Numbered from the stretch's first letter, positions 28,607 to 38,486 are shown. The stretch is 64,000 bases of DNA from an uncultured Actinomycetes bacterium (GCA_963816845.1 CAWFMR010000050.1:58993-122992); one strand, 5' to 3'. The notes: generated by a model not told the origin, from the letters alone. A program made the numbers and translations.

Positions 28607-31405
28607 GTGCCCGGCTCACGACGCACCGACCCTGCCCTGCTTCAGCGGCTCACCGCTGCGCGGGTCCTCGAGCTGACCCCGGACATCGCCGTCGTCACCG
28701 ACTACGAGGGGACCATCCTCTTCGCCAACGCGGCGCTCGAGCAGCGCCTCGGCGTGCCGGTCGACGAGCTCCTCGGGGAGCTCGTCGGCGACTTCCTGCA
28801 TCCCGAGGACCGCGTCGCCGCCGTGCCGGCGTGGCAGGAGCTGCTGGGGGGCGAGCGCGACGGCCTCGAGCTGGCGCTGCGCTTCGGGTCGGCCGAGACC
28901 GGCTGGCGCTGGTGCCTGGGCAGCATCGGCATCGACCGCGAGCTCGGCGTCACCATCGGCACCTACCAGGAGACCACCGCGCTGCGCGACGCCGAGGAGC
29001 GCTTCCAGCGCGCCTTCGAGGACGCCGCGATCGGCATGGCCATCACCGGCACCGACGGGCGCTTCGTGCGCGTCAACCACTCGCTGGCGGCCATGCTCGG
29101 CCGCGAGCCCCAGCAGCTGGCCGGCGTGGCCGTGCGCGACGTCACCCATCCCGCCCACCACGAGGACGACCGCGAGGCGATGCGCGCGCTCGCCGCCGGC
29201 GAGCAGAACACCTACAGCGCCGAGAAGCGCTACCTGCGCGCCGACGGCACCGAGGCGTGGGTCGCGCTGCACGTGACCGTCGTGCGCAACGCGGACGGCG
29301 GACCGCAGTACTTCCTCTCGCAGATGGCCGACATCGGCGAGCGCCGCGCCGCCGAGCACGCGCTGGCCCAGAGCGAGGAGCGCTTCCGCACGCTGGCCTC
29401 GGCCTCGCCGGTCGGCGTCTTCGCCATCGCCGAGGACGGCCGGCTGGCCTACGCCAACGAGCGCCTGCGCGAGATCTTCGACATGCCCGCCGAGGTCCTC
29501 GACGGCGCGCCCTGGCTCGAGCGCGTCCCGGTCGAGGACCGCGAGCGCCTCGTCGGCGAGTTCCGTCGCGCGCGGGCGCTGGGCGAGCGCACGTCGCTCG
29601 ACGTGCGGGTCGTGGCCGGCATCGATCGCTGGGCGCGCATCCACATGGCGCCCGTCTCGAAGGGCCCGGACGAGCCGATGGGCCTCGTGGGGACGATCGA
29701 GGACGTCACCGTCGAGGTCACCGCGCGCATGGCGCTGGCCGCCCGCGAGGCCGAGTACCGGATGCTGGCCGAGCACTCGACCGACTTCCTGTCGCGCCAC
29801 ACCATCGACGGCACCTTCCTCTACGCGTCGCCCGTCTCGCGGGCCATGCTCGGCTGGGACTCCGACGCGATGCTCGGCCGGACGCCCAAGCAGCTGGACA
29901 TGGACCACCCGGACGACATGGAGATCATCGAGCGCAACTGGGTGGGGGCGCTGCGCGAGGAGCGCTCGCGCACCGCCGCCTACCGCGCCCGGCGCCGCGA
30001 CGGCTCGATCGTGTGGCTGGAGACGACCTTCCGCGCCGTGCGCGGGCCCGGCGGCGAGGCGCTCGAGATGGTGTGCGTCTCGCGCGACATCTCCGAGCGC
30101 AAGAGCGCCGAGCTCGAGCTCGCCCACCGGGCGCTGCACGACGGGCTCACCGGCCTGCCCAACCGCGCGCTCTTCCTCGACCGCCTCGGCCAGGCGCTGC
30201 GGCGCTCGCGCCGGCGCGACCGCGTCGTGGCGGTCGTCTTCCTCGACCTCGATCGCTTCAAGCTCGTCAACGACTCGCTGGGCCACAAGGCCGGTGACCG
30301 CCTGCTCGTCGACGTGGCCATGCGCCTGAGCTCAGCCCTGCGCCCGTCGGACACGCTCGCGCGCTTCGGCGGCGACGAGCTGACGCTGCTGTGCGAGGAC
30401 ATCGGCGACGGCGAGGACGCGCGCGCGATCGCCCAGCGCCTGCTCGAGACCTTCGCCGAGCCCTTCATCGTGCAGGACGGAGAGGCCTTCCTGCAGGCGA
30501 GCATCGGCATCGCGCTCTCGCGCGACGGCTTCGAGACGCCCGAGGACCTCATCCGCGACGCCGACGCCGCGATGTACCGCGCCAAGGCCCGCGGCCAGGG
30601 CGTCGAGCTCTTCGACGAGGCCATGCGCCAGGACGTGCGCGACCGCCTCGCGCTCGAGGCCGCGCTGCGTCGCGGCATCGGGCGCGGCGAGCTGCGCCTG
30701 CACTGCCAGCCCCTGGTCTCGCTCGCCGACGCGCGCATCGAGGGCTTCGAGGCGCTCGTGCGCTGGGAGCACCCCGAGCGCGGCCTCGTGCCGCCCGGGT
30801 CGTTCATCCCGCTGGCCGAGGAGACCGGGCTGATCGTCCCCATCGGCGCCTGGGTCCTCAGCGAGGCGTGCGCGACGCTGCGGCGGATCATCGACGAGAC
30901 GGGGATGGCGACCCTGCAGGTGTCGGTCAACGTCTCGCCGCGCCAGCTCCAGCAGCCGGACTTCGTCGCGCAGGTGCGCGCGGCCCTCGACGACAACGGC
31001 CTCGACCCGAGCTGCCTGGTCGTCGAGATCACCGAGAGCGCGATCATGGAGGCCGGCGCCGCGGCCATCCTGCGCGCGCTCAAGGACCTCGGCGTGCGCC
31101 TGGCGATGGACGACTTCGGGACCGGCTACTCGTCGCTGGCCCATCTGCGCCGGTTCCCGCTCGACGTGATCAAGGTCGACCGCTCGTTCGTCGCCGGTCT
31201 CGGCGACGGCCAGGGCTCGTCGATCGCCGGCGCCATCGTGTCCCTGGCGCACGCGCTGGGCCTGCGCACGGTGGCCGAGGGCATCGAGGACGAGGAGCAG
31301 CGCCGCGCCGTGATGGCGCTGGGCTGCGACGTCGGACAGGGCTTTCATTTCGCGCGGCCGATGCCGGTCGACGACCTGACACGCCTGCTCGCCGCGTCGA
31401 ACTGA
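28607..31405 (+). CDS. Multi-PAS GGDEF-EAL signalling protein (c-di-GMP turnover)
   Basis: 932 aa. There are three to four PAS-like repeats. The GGDEF domain has the I-site RPSD five residues before GGDEL (F to L variant). The EAL domain has EALVRWEHP, DDFGTGYSSL, KVDRSFV and EGIEDEEQ. Confidence 0.85.
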   Translation: MPGSRRTDPALLQRLTAARVLELTPDIAVVTDYEGTILFANAALEQRLGVPVDELLGELVGDFLHPEDRVAAVPAWQELLGGERDGLELALRFGSAETGWRWCLGSIGIDRELGVTIGTYQETTALRDAEERFQRAFEDAAIGMAITGTDGRFVRVNHSLAAMLGREPQQLAGVAVRDVTHPAHHEDDREAMRALAAGEQNTYSAEKRYLRADGTEAWVALHVTVVRNADGGPQYFLSQMADIGERRAAEHALAQSEERFRTLASASPVGVFAIAEDGRLAYANERLREIFDMPAEVLDGAPWLERVPVEDRERLVGEFRRARALGERTSLDVRVVAGIDRWARIHMAPVSKGPDEPMGLVGTIEDVTVEVTARMALAAREAEYRMLAEHSTDFLSRHTIDGTFLYASPVSRAMLGWDSDAMLGRTPKQLDMDHPDDMEIIERNWVGALREERSRTAAYRARRRDGSIVWLETTFRAVRGPGGEALEMVCVSRDISERKSAELELAHRALHDGLTGLPNRALFLDRLGQALRRSRRRDRVVAVVFLDLDRFKLVNDSLGHKAGDRLLVDVAMRLSSALRPSDTLARFGGDELTLLCEDIGDGEDARAIAQRLLETFAEPFIVQDGEAFLQASIGIALSRDGFETPEDLIRDADAAMYRAKARGQGVELFDEAMRQDVRDRLALEAALRRGIGRGELRLHCQPLVSLADARIEGFEALVRWEHPERGLVPPGSFIPLAEETGLIVPIGAWVLSEACATLRRIIDETGMATLQVSVNVSPRQLQQPDFVAQVRAALDDNGLDPSCLVVEITESAIMEAGAAAILRALKDLGVRLAMDDFGTGYSSLAHLRRFPLDVIKVDRSFVAGLGDGQGSSIAGAIVSLAHALGLRTVAEGIEDEEQRRAVMALGCDVGQGFHFARPMPVDDLTRLLAASN

Positions 31406-31406
31406 C

Positions 31407-31424
31407 GCCCGTCCCGCGACGGGC
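31407..31424 (+). terminator. Small GC hairpin (7-bp stem gcccgtc/gacgggc, 4-nt loop) just after the GGDEF-EAL stop
   Basis: Read from the sequence. No U-tail. It could be only an intra-operon structure. Confidence 0.2.
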
Positions 31425-31450
31425 CGCGGCTCGTGGGTAGCATCCTTGCC

Positions 31451-32851
31451 ATGCCCGATGTCGTCATGCCGCGCCTCTCCGACTCGATGGAAGAGGGCAC
31501 GATCCTCAAGTGGCTCAAGGCCGAGGGGGACGAGGTCACCCGCGGCGACGAGCTCGTGGAGATCGAGACCGACAAGGCCACGATGACCTACGAGGCCGAC
31601 AGCGCCGGCACGCTGTCGATCGTCGCCCAGGAGGGCGACACGCTGCCCATCGGCGAGGTCATCGCCCGCATCGGCGCCGGCGGCGAGGCGGCGGCCGGCG
31701 GCGGCGCGCGGGCCGAGGCGACGCAGCAGGCCGAGGCGTCGGGCAACGGCGGTCCGGCCGAGGCGCCGCCCGCCGCCGCGCCGGCCGCCACCGCCGAGCC
31801 GCCCGCGGCGGCGCCCGAGCCGGAGCGTCAGCCCGCGGCAGCCGAGTCCGGCGCCGCCGCTCCGTCGGCCGACGGCAACGGCGGGCGCGCGAAGGCGTCG
31901 CCGGTCGCGCGGCGCATCGCGCGCGAGCAGGGCATCGACCTCTCCGCGCTGCAGGGCACGGGCCCGGGCGGACGGATCGTGAAGGCCGACGTCGAGGCGG
32001 CCGCGTCCGGCGCCCCGCAGGCCGCCGCACCGCAGGCCGCGCCGGCCGAGGCGGCGCCCGCCGCGCCGGCCGCACCCGCGGCCGAGCCCCAGGCCGCTCC
32101 GGCCGCTGCGGTCCCGCCGCCGGCGCCGGCGAGCATCGCCGAGACCGGCACGGCGAAGGGCGACGTCAGCGTCCAGGAGCTCACGCGCACCCAGCAGGTC
32201 ATCGCGCGGCGGATGGCGGAGTCCAAGGCCACCGTCCCCGAGTTCACGATCGCCACCGACGTCGACATGGAGGGCGCCGTCGAGCTGCGCAAGCAGCTCA
32301 AGGCCGCGGCCGAGACCGTCAGCGGCGCCGTCCCGTCCTTCAACGACATGGTCGTCAAGGCGTCGGCGCTGGCGCTGCGCGAGTACCCGCGCGCCAACGG
32401 CTCCTACAAGGACGGCCGCTTCGAGCTCTACTCCCGCGTCAACGTCGGGGTCGCCGTCGCCGCGCAGGAGGCGCTCGTCGTGCCGACGGTGTTCGACGCC
32501 GACCGCAAGTCGCTGGGCGAGATCGCGCGCGACTCGCGGACGCTGGCCGAGCGGGTGCGGGCCAACGCCGTCACGCCGCCCGAGCTCTCGGGCGGCACCT
32601 TCACCGTCTCGAACCTCGGCATGTTCGGCGTGACGGAGTTCAGCGCCGTCATCAACCCGCCGCAGGCCGCGATCCTCGCGGTCGGCAAGATGGAGCCGCG
32701 GGCCGTGGTCCGCGACGGCGAGATCGTCGCGCGCAACATCATGACCATCACCCTCGTCTGCGACCACCGGATCCTCTACGGCGCCGACGCGGCCGAGTTC
32801 CTGGCCCGCATCAAGGCGCTCCTCGAGCACCCGATCGCGCTGGCCTTCTGA
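31451..32851 (+). CDS. pdhC: Dihydrolipoamide acyltransferase (E2) with one lipoyl domain
   Basis: [49 protein letters not shown] (lipoyl-Lys). Ala/Pro linkers. PSBD: [32 protein letters not shown]. Catalytic DHRILYG. Confidence 0.9.
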   Translation: MPDVVMPRLSDSMEEGTILKWLKAEGDEVTRGDELVEIETDKATMTYEADSAGTLSIVAQEGDTLPIGEVIARIGAGGEAAAGGGARAEATQQAEASGNGGPAEAPPAAAPAATAEPPAAAPEPERQPAAAESGAAAPSADGNGGRAKASPVARRIAREQGIDLSALQGTGPGGRIVKADVEAAASGAPQAAAPQAAPAEAAPAAPAAPAAEPQAAPAAAVPPPAPASIAETGTAKGDVSVQELTRTQQVIARRMAESKATVPEFTIATDVDMEGAVELRKQLKAAAETVSGAVPSFNDMVVKASALALREYPRANGSYKDGRFELYSRVNVGVAVAAQEALVVPTVFDADRKSLGEIARDSRTLAERVRANAVTPPELSGGTFTVSNLGMFGVTEFSAVINPPQAAILAVGKMEPRAVVRDGEIVARNIMTITLVCDHRILYGADAAEFLARIKALLEHPIALAF

Positions 32852-32856
32852 GCGCG

Positions 32857-33207
32857 ATGCCCGGCATCGACCTGCGGGCGTTCGACGCGCCCGACGAGGT
32901 GCGCGAGTTCGAGCGCGGGCGCTTCGAGGTCGTGCGCATCGGCGGGATGGTCGTGGGGCGCGCGACCTACGAGCCCGGCTGGCGCTGGTCGCGGCACGTG
33001 GGCGGGGATCCGGACGCGCGCTGCCAGGTCGAACACGTCGGCCTCGTCATCTCGGGCCGCGCCGCCGTCCTCATGGACGACGGCGAGGAGCGCGTGATGG
33101 AGCCCGGCCAGCTGTTCCACGTCGCCCCCGGCCACGACTCGTGGGTCGTCGGCGACGAGCCCTACGTCTCGCTGCACTTCCTGGGCGCCGGCGACTACGC
33201 GGCGTAG
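32857..33207 (+). CDS. Cupin-domain protein
   Basis: 116 aa: ..QVEHVGLVISGRAAVLMDDGEERVMEPGQLFHVAPGHDSWVVGDEPYVSLHF. Confidence 0.55.
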   Translation: MPGIDLRAFDAPDEVREFERGRFEVVRIGGMVVGRATYEPGWRWSRHVGGDPDARCQVEHVGLVISGRAAVLMDDGEERVMEPGQLFHVAPGHDSWVVGDEPYVSLHFLGAGDYAA

Positions 33208-33250
33208 TCGCCCGGTCTCCGCGTGCGTTGCGCCGCCGCGCCGCGCTGAA

Positions 33251-33460
33251 CAGCATCACCGAGGGAAGAGGCGGGCGCTGCTCGCCCGTGGCAGGCGACC
33301 ACCGAGCGCGAGCGTGCTCCCTTGGTGTCGCAGGACGACACTTCGTCAGCACCGCGCTGACTAGCGGGGCCAGGAGCCGCAAACCCAGCATCCTTCGGCC
33401 CACGGAGGACGACCGCCCGCGCCCGCACCACCCCGGGCTCACTTCCCCTCGGTGATGCTG
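33251..33460. repeat. Inverted repeat of 18/19 nt (cagcatcaccgagggaag / cttcccctcggtgatgctg) enclosing about 173 nt with further internal hairpins
   Basis: Arms at 33251-33268 and 33442-33460 are perfect except for a 1-nt bulge. Internal hairpins: gtgtcg-cagga-cgacac (33325-33341) and gtcagc-accgc-gctgac (33345-33361). It lies in the 297-nt gap between convergent genes. Confidence 0.8.
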
Positions 33461-33504
33461 TAAGCGCGCGCAGTACGGCCAAGCGCCGCGCGACGACCAG
33501 ACGC

Positions 33505-34101
33505 CTACCGCCCCGAGCGCGCCACCGCCGCGTTGGGCCGCTGGTCGGGGTCGTGGGTGACGCCGGGCGGCGACTGGTCGGTGTTGACGAAGACGCAGAA
33601 GGCGCGATGGGGGTCCGGGCCGGCGACGCAGGTGCGGTAGAGGTCGTCGCCCTGCTTGACCGTGTCGAGGTGGTCGACGTTGGCCTGGAACTCGCGCGGC
33701 GCCTGGCTGATGACGAAGCGCCGCGCCGAGGTCGCCTGGGCGCTGAGGTCGGCGCGCGCGGCCTGCACGCTGGAGTGGTGCAGGAGGCCGAGGGCCACGA
33801 CGAGCGCACCGCCGGCCGCGACCAGGACGGCCCCCGCCCGGTCGGTCGCGATCACCGGGGGCATCCCGGGGCGGCGCCGGCGCAGCCAGCGCCCGGCCAG
33901 GGGCGCGGCGACCGCGACGACGACGAGGTTGGCGAAGCCCGCGAGCAGCACGGCGGCGAAGAGCCCCGGGCCGTCGTCGCCCGAGACCGGCAGCCGATCG
34001 AGCAGCACGGCCTCGATCACGACCGCGGCGACGAAGGCCGGCCACAGCATCGCTCCCCTCAGCCGCCAGCGCAGACGGGTCTGCCAGAGGGCCTCGCCCA
34101 T
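33505..34101 (-). CDS. Hypothetical membrane protein
   Basis: MGEALWQTRLRWRLRGAMLWPAFVAAVVIEAVLL.. has three hydrophobic segments followed by a soluble C-terminal part. ATG at 34101 within ORF 33505..34179. Confidence 0.5.
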   Translation of the reverse strand: MGEALWQTRLRWRLRGAMLWPAFVAAVVIEAVLLDRLPVSGDDGPGLFAAVLLAGFANLVVVAVAAPLAGRWLRRRRPGMPPVIATDRAGAVLVAAGGALVVALGLLHHSSVQAARADLSAQATSARRFVISQAPREFQANVDHLDTVKQGDDLYRTCVAGPDPHRAFCVFVNTDQSPPGVTHDPDQRPNAAVARSGR

Positions 34102-34251
34102 CCTCGAAGGGTAGGGGTCAGCTACCCTCCGGAGCCTGGAGTGAGAGGCGCCCCCGCGCGGTCCGGAGATCCCGGCCACGGGTGCGAGGCTCGGGCCCTA
34201 CGCGCGGCGATCCCGCGCGGGCCCCCGACCACGAAGGGAACAGCAGGCCCG

Positions 34252-35315
34252 ATGGCAACCAAGACGGCGCGCGCCGACGCGCCGGGCGCCGTATCCGAGC
34301 ACCTGACGCTCGACGATCGCGTCGCCCTCCTGCGCTACATGCTCCTCATGCGGGGCATCGAGGAGCGCGCGATGAACCTCTACCGCCAGGGCAAGGTGCC
34401 CGGCTCGTTCTACGACGGCTTCGGGCAGGAGGCCGTCTCGGTCGGCTCGACCTTCGCGATGAGCGCCCACGACCGCCTCTGCATCCTGCACCGCGACCTC
34501 GGCGGCGCACCTCGTGCGCGGCGTGACGCCCGCGCGCATCCTCGGCCAGTACATGGGCCGCGAGGGCGGCATCACCGGCGGGCGCGACGGCAACGTGCAC
34601 TTCGGCGACCACCGCCTGGGCTGCGTCGGGATGGTCTCGATGCTGCCCGACATGATGCTCGTCGCCACCGGCATGGCGATGGCCTTCAAGCTGCGCGGCG
34701 AGCAGCGCTGCGCGATCACCTGGTTCGGCGACGGCTCGACCTCGCGCGGCGACTTCCACGAGGCCATGAACTGGGCCGGCGTGCAGAAGCTGCCGGTCAT
34801 CTTCGTGCTCGAGAACAACCAGTACGCCTACTCGACGCCGACCGCCAGCCAGTTCGCCGTCGACCCCGTCGAGCGCGCTGCGGCCTACGGCTTCCCGGGC
34901 GAGTCGGTCGACGGCAACGACGTCGAGGCGATGTTCGAGGCCACGCGCGCGCGCCCGCGAGCGCGCGCTGGCCGGCGACGGGCCCGACGCTGCTCGAGGC
35001 CGTGACCATGCGCATGCACGGCCACGCCGCGCACGACGACATGAAGTACGTGCCCAAGGAGCAGGTCGAGGAGTGGCGCCAGAAGGACCCGATCGACCGC
35101 CAGGAGTCGCGCGTGCGCGAGCGCCGGCGTCGACACCGCGGCGCTGCGCGAGGAGGTCAAGGCAGGCGATCGACGCCGGCACCGAGGAGGCGCTGGCCAT
35201 GCCGATGCCCGATCCCGAGACCGCCACGCACCGGCTCTTCCACGACGACGAGGACGAGATCCTGCTCGGTGACGGCAACGCGCCGTGGAGCGGCTTCGCG
35301 GGGGGTGCGTCCTAG
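34252..35315 (+). pseudogene. Second 2-oxoacid dehydrogenase E1 alpha subunit. Five +1 frame breaks as assembled, at about 34501-07, 34945-56, 34983-87, 35122-27 and 35160-66.
   Basis: Spliced translation, in order: MATKTARAD..LLRYMLLMRGIEERAMNLYRQGKVPGSFYDGFGQEAVSVGS..ILHRDLG; (A)HLVRGVTPARILGQYMGREGGITGGRDGNVHFGD..WFGDGSTSRGDFHEAMNWAGVQKLPVIFVLENNQYAYSTP..EAMFEATR; RERALAGDGP; TLLEAVTMRMHGHAAHDDMKYVPKEQVEEWRQKDPIDR..RER; GVDTAALREEVKA; AIDAGTEEALAMPMPDPE.. Length mod 3 = 2, which equals 5 mod 3. Confidence 0.8.
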
Positions 35316-35323
35316 TGGCGACC

Positions 35324-36280
35324 ATGACCTACCTGCAGGCGATCTCCGACGCGATGCGCCAGGAGATGCGCCACGACGAGCGCGTGCTCGTGATGGGCGA
35401 GGACATCGGCGTCTTCGGCGGCGCCTTCAAGGTCACCGACGGCTTCATCGACGAGTTCGGCCCCAACCGCGTGATGGACACGCCGCTGGCCGAGTCGGGC
35501 ATCGTCGGCACCGCCGTCGGCGCCGCCGTCGTCGGGATGCGGCCGATCTGCGAGATGCAGTTCGCCGACTTCATCTCCTGCGGCTTCGACCAGCTCGTCA
35601 ACGTCGCGGGCAAGATGTACTACCGCCAGGGGCTGCCGGTGAACATCACCGTGCGCCTGCCCAGCGGCGGCGGCTTCTCCGGCGGGCCGTTCCACTCGCA
35701 GAACCCCGAGGCGTGGTTCATGCACTCGCCCGGGATGAAGGTGGTCGCGCCCTCGACGGCCGAGGACGCCAAGGGCCTGCTGATCTCCGCCATCCGCGAC
35801 CACAACCCGGTCGTCTACCTCGAGCACAAGCACCTCTACCGGCGCGTCAAGGGCGAGGTGCCCGACGGCCTCTACGAGACGCCGCTGACCGCCCGCGTCG
35901 CGCGCGAGGGCACCGACCTGACGGTCATCGCCTACGGCGCGATGGTCCACACCGCGCTCGAGGCCACCGAGGACCTCGACGGCGCCTCGGTCGAGGTGCT
36001 CGACCTGCGCTCGCTGGTGCCGCTCGACGAGGAGGCGATCCTCGCCAGCGTGCGCAAGACGTCGAAGGTGCTGATCGTCGACGAGGCCAACCAGACGTGC
36101 GCCGCCGGCGCGCAGGTGGCCGCCGTCATCGCCGAGAAGGGCTTCGAGGACCTCGACGGGCCCGTGCGCCGCGTGGCCACGCCCGACGTGCCGATCCCGT
36201 TCTCGCCCCCGCTCGAGCAGGCGCTGCTGCCGAGCGTCGACCGCGTGAAGGAGGCCGCCCGTGAGCTCCTCGAGTACTGA
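35324..36280 (+). CDS. Second 2-oxoacid dehydrogenase E1 beta subunit
   Basis: MTYLQAISDAMRQEMRHDERVLVMGEDIGVFGGAFKVTDGFIDEFGPNRVMDTPLAE... The frame is intact. An alternative GTG lies at 35315. Confidence 0.9.
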   Translation: MTYLQAISDAMRQEMRHDERVLVMGEDIGVFGGAFKVTDGFIDEFGPNRVMDTPLAESGIVGTAVGAAVVGMRPICEMQFADFISCGFDQLVNVAGKMYYRQGLPVNITVRLPSGGGFSGGPFHSQNPEAWFMHSPGMKVVAPSTAEDAKGLLISAIRDHNPVVYLEHKHLYRRVKGEVPDGLYETPLTARVAREGTDLTVIAYGAMVHTALEATEDLDGASVEVLDLRSLVPLDEEAILASVRKTSKVLIVDEANQTCAAGAQVAAVIAEKGFEDLDGPVRRVATPDVPIPFSPPLEQALLPSVDRVKEAARELLEY

Positions 36281-37633
36281 GACGCTCGTCGACGTCGTCA
36301 TGCCCCAGATGGGGGTCTCGGTCTCCGAGGGCACGATCGTCGAGTGGCGCAAGCAGGTCGGCGACTGGGTCGAGTACGAGGAGGCGATCGTCGACATCTC
36401 GACCGACAAGATCGACACCGAGGTCCCGTCGCCGGCGGCCGGGCGCGTGGCCGAGATCGTGGTCGAGGTCGGCACGACGGTCGAGGTCGGCACCGTCCTC
36501 GCGCGGCTGGCCACCGACGCCAAGCCCGGGCAGGCGCACGCCTCCGAGCAGAACGGCGCGCCGCCGACCAGCGAGGCCGCGGCGGCCACCGGCGAGACGC
36601 CGGTGCAGGCGACCGCGACGCCGTCCCCGGAGCCGGGCACGGCCACGCCCGACGAGGCGCCGCGCGCGCGGCGCGCGGCGGGCGCCCGCCGCTACTCGCC
36701 GGTGGTCCAGCGCATCGCGGCCGAGCACGACGTCGACCTCGACCAGGTGCAGGGCACCGGGCGCGAGGGGCGCGTGCGCAAGCAGGACGTGCTCGCCTTC
36801 ATCGAGTCGGCCGGCCTGGGTGCCGCCGAGGCGGCCGAGCCGCCGCTGCACATCGAGTCGCCCTACCGGCCCGAGCCGCCCGCGCCCAAGCCGGCTGCCG
36901 CGGCGCCGCGCCGAGCCGGCTCCCGCACCGGTCGCTGCGGCACCGGCCGCTGCAGCCGGCGCCTACCAGCCGCCGGCGGCGGCTCCGCTGTCGCGCATGC
37001 GCAAGCTCGTCGGCGAGCACATGAAGCGCTCGCTCGACACGGCGGCCACGTGCACGACGTGGATCGAGGCCGACATGTCGCGCGTCGAGCGCGCCCGCAA
37101 GCAGGCCGGGCTGACCGCGCTGCCCTTCGTCGCCCGCGCCACGCATCGACGCGCTGCGCGAGTACCCCGCGCTCAACGCCTGGCTGGAGGGCGACGAGCA
37201 CACCGTCCACAGCGACGTCAACCTCGGCATCGCGGTGTCGCTGGGCGACGACGGGCTCATCGTGCCGGTCATCCGGTCGGCCCAGGACCTGTCGGCCGAG
37301 GGGCTCTCCAAGCGCATCAAGGAGCTGGCCCGCGCGGCGCGCTCGCGCCAGCTGCGTCCCGACGACGTCCAGGGCGGCACGTTCACGATCACCAACCCGG
37401 GCCAGTTCGGATCGGTGATGGCGACGCCGGTCATCAACCAGCCGCAGGTCGCGATCCTCGACCTCGAGGCGGTGGTCAAGCGCCCGGTGGTGGTCACCGA
37501 CGAGGACGGCAACGACTCGATCGCCATCCGCCCGATGACGGTGCTCGGCCTGTCCTGGGACCACCGCGCGCTCGACGGCGCGCTCGCCGCGCAGTTCCTG
37601 GCTGCCGTCAAGCGGCGGCTCGAGAGCCTCTAG
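36261..37633 (+). pseudogene. Second dihydrolipoamide acyltransferase (E2). Two +1 frame breaks as assembled, at about 36903-11 and 37141-46.
   Basis: Lipoyl domain: VVMPQMGVSVSEGTIVEWRKQVGDWVEYEEAIVDISTDKIDTEVPSP. PSBD: YSPVVQRIAAEHDVDLDQVQGTGREGRVRKQDV. Next frame: ..LSRMRKLVGEHMKRSLDTAATCTTWIEADMSRV. Next frame: IDALREYPALNAWLEG...LSWDHRALDG. Length mod 3 = 2. Confidence 0.85.
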
Positions 37634-38085
37634 GCGGGCCTCACCGGCAGCCGCTCGTCGTGCGGGCCGAGCACCCAGTGCTCGGTCACGGCGGCGCGGT
37701 ACAGGCGGTGGCGGGCGGGCGCCGTGACGTCGGCGAGCGTCCAAGGGCGCAGGCCCTGGGCGGCGTCCTCGCGCGCGAAGACCTCCATGCCGCGCTCGAG
37801 CGCGGCGCCCGTCAGCTCGGCGGCGGTCGCCAGCATGTAGACGGCCGCGGCCGACCCGACGGGGACCTGCGAATCGAAGACGACGATGCTGACCTGCGGC
37901 CGCGCGGCGATGTTGCGCGAGTGGCGCGCGTGCGGCGACGAGACCCAGAAGAGCTCGTCGTAGCCCGCCCGCGCGAACCACACCGGCGACACCCACGGGT
38001 GACCGTGCTCGTCGGCGGTGCCGAGCGTCATGTAGCGGTTGCCCGCGAAGACGGCCCGCGCGACGGCGTCGAGCTCGGCGATCAC
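37630..38085 (-). CDS. Pyridoxamine 5'-phosphate oxidase-like FMN-binding split-barrel protein
   Basis: 151 aa: ..AGNRYMTLGTADEHGHPWVSPVWFARAGYDELFWVSSPHARHSRNIAARPQVSIVVFD. Confidence 0.55.
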   Translation of the reverse strand: MIAELDAVARAVFAGNRYMTLGTADEHGHPWVSPVWFARAGYDELFWVSSPHARHSRNIAARPQVSIVVFDSQVPVGSAAAVYMLATAAELTGAALERGMEVFAREDAAQGLRPWTLADVTAPARHRLYRAAVTEHWVLGPHDERLPVRPA

Positions 38086-38486
38086 GTGTCCAGCCTCCGG
38101 TGCAGCACCGGCTTGACGTCGACGATCGGCGTGCCGTCGACGGCCTCCAGGCCGCGCACGCGGACCCGCGCGCCCTCGACCGCCACGACCTGCACCGGGT
38201 GCAGGCCGATCGGGTTCGGGCGATCGGCTGAGCGCGTGGCGAAGACGCCGGTGAGCGGGTTGGCCGGATCGTCGCGCGGGTGCACGCGCAGGACGTCGCG
38301 CTGAGCGCGGTGCAGCCAGGTGAGGACGATGACCTCGGCGCCCGGCCCGATGCCGTCGAGGCCGTCGAGCACGGACGGCTCGAAGACCAGCCAGGCGTCG
38401 GGCGCCCCTTCGCTTCCCTGCTTGGGCGCCGACGCCCGGTCGGTCAGCTCGGACTCGACCCTGCCGATCGGCGTGAGCTCGATCAC
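38082..38486 (-). CDS. TsaA/YaeB (TrmO)-like SAM-dependent methyltransferase domain protein
   Basis: VIELTPIGRVESELTDRASAPKQG...VIVLTWLHRA...GVFATRSADRPNPIGLHPVQVVAVEG..VRGLEAVDGTPIVDVKP. The GTG overlaps the upstream stop (GTGA at 38483-38486). Confidence 0.65.
   Translation of the reverse strand: MIELTPIGRVESELTDRASAPKQGSEGAPDAWLVFEPSVLDGLDGIGPGAEVIVLTWLHRAQRDVLRVHPRDDPANPLTGVFATRSADRPNPIGLHPVQVVAVEGARVRVRGLEAVDGTPIVDVKPVLHRRLDT

Noticed and set aside
30332-32830. An 832-aa minus-strand ORF, along with similar long ORFs at 51..1184 (-), 14204..16504 (+), 28616..30286 (-) and 44712..46415 (-)
   Set aside because: All lie antisense to well-supported genes. All have Arg/Gly/Ala/Asp-rich, motif-free translations. 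They are GC-driven open frames.
33251-33460. The element considered as a tRNA, tmRNA, RNase P RNA, SRP RNA, or a cobalamin or c-di-AMP riboswitch
   Set aside because: There is no cloverleaf or CCA-type acceptor, no GAGGAAAGUCC-type P4 sequence, no SRP GGAA/AGCA loop motifs, and no B12 box. There is also no downstream gene to regulate, because it sits between convergent 3' ends. The family remains unassigned.
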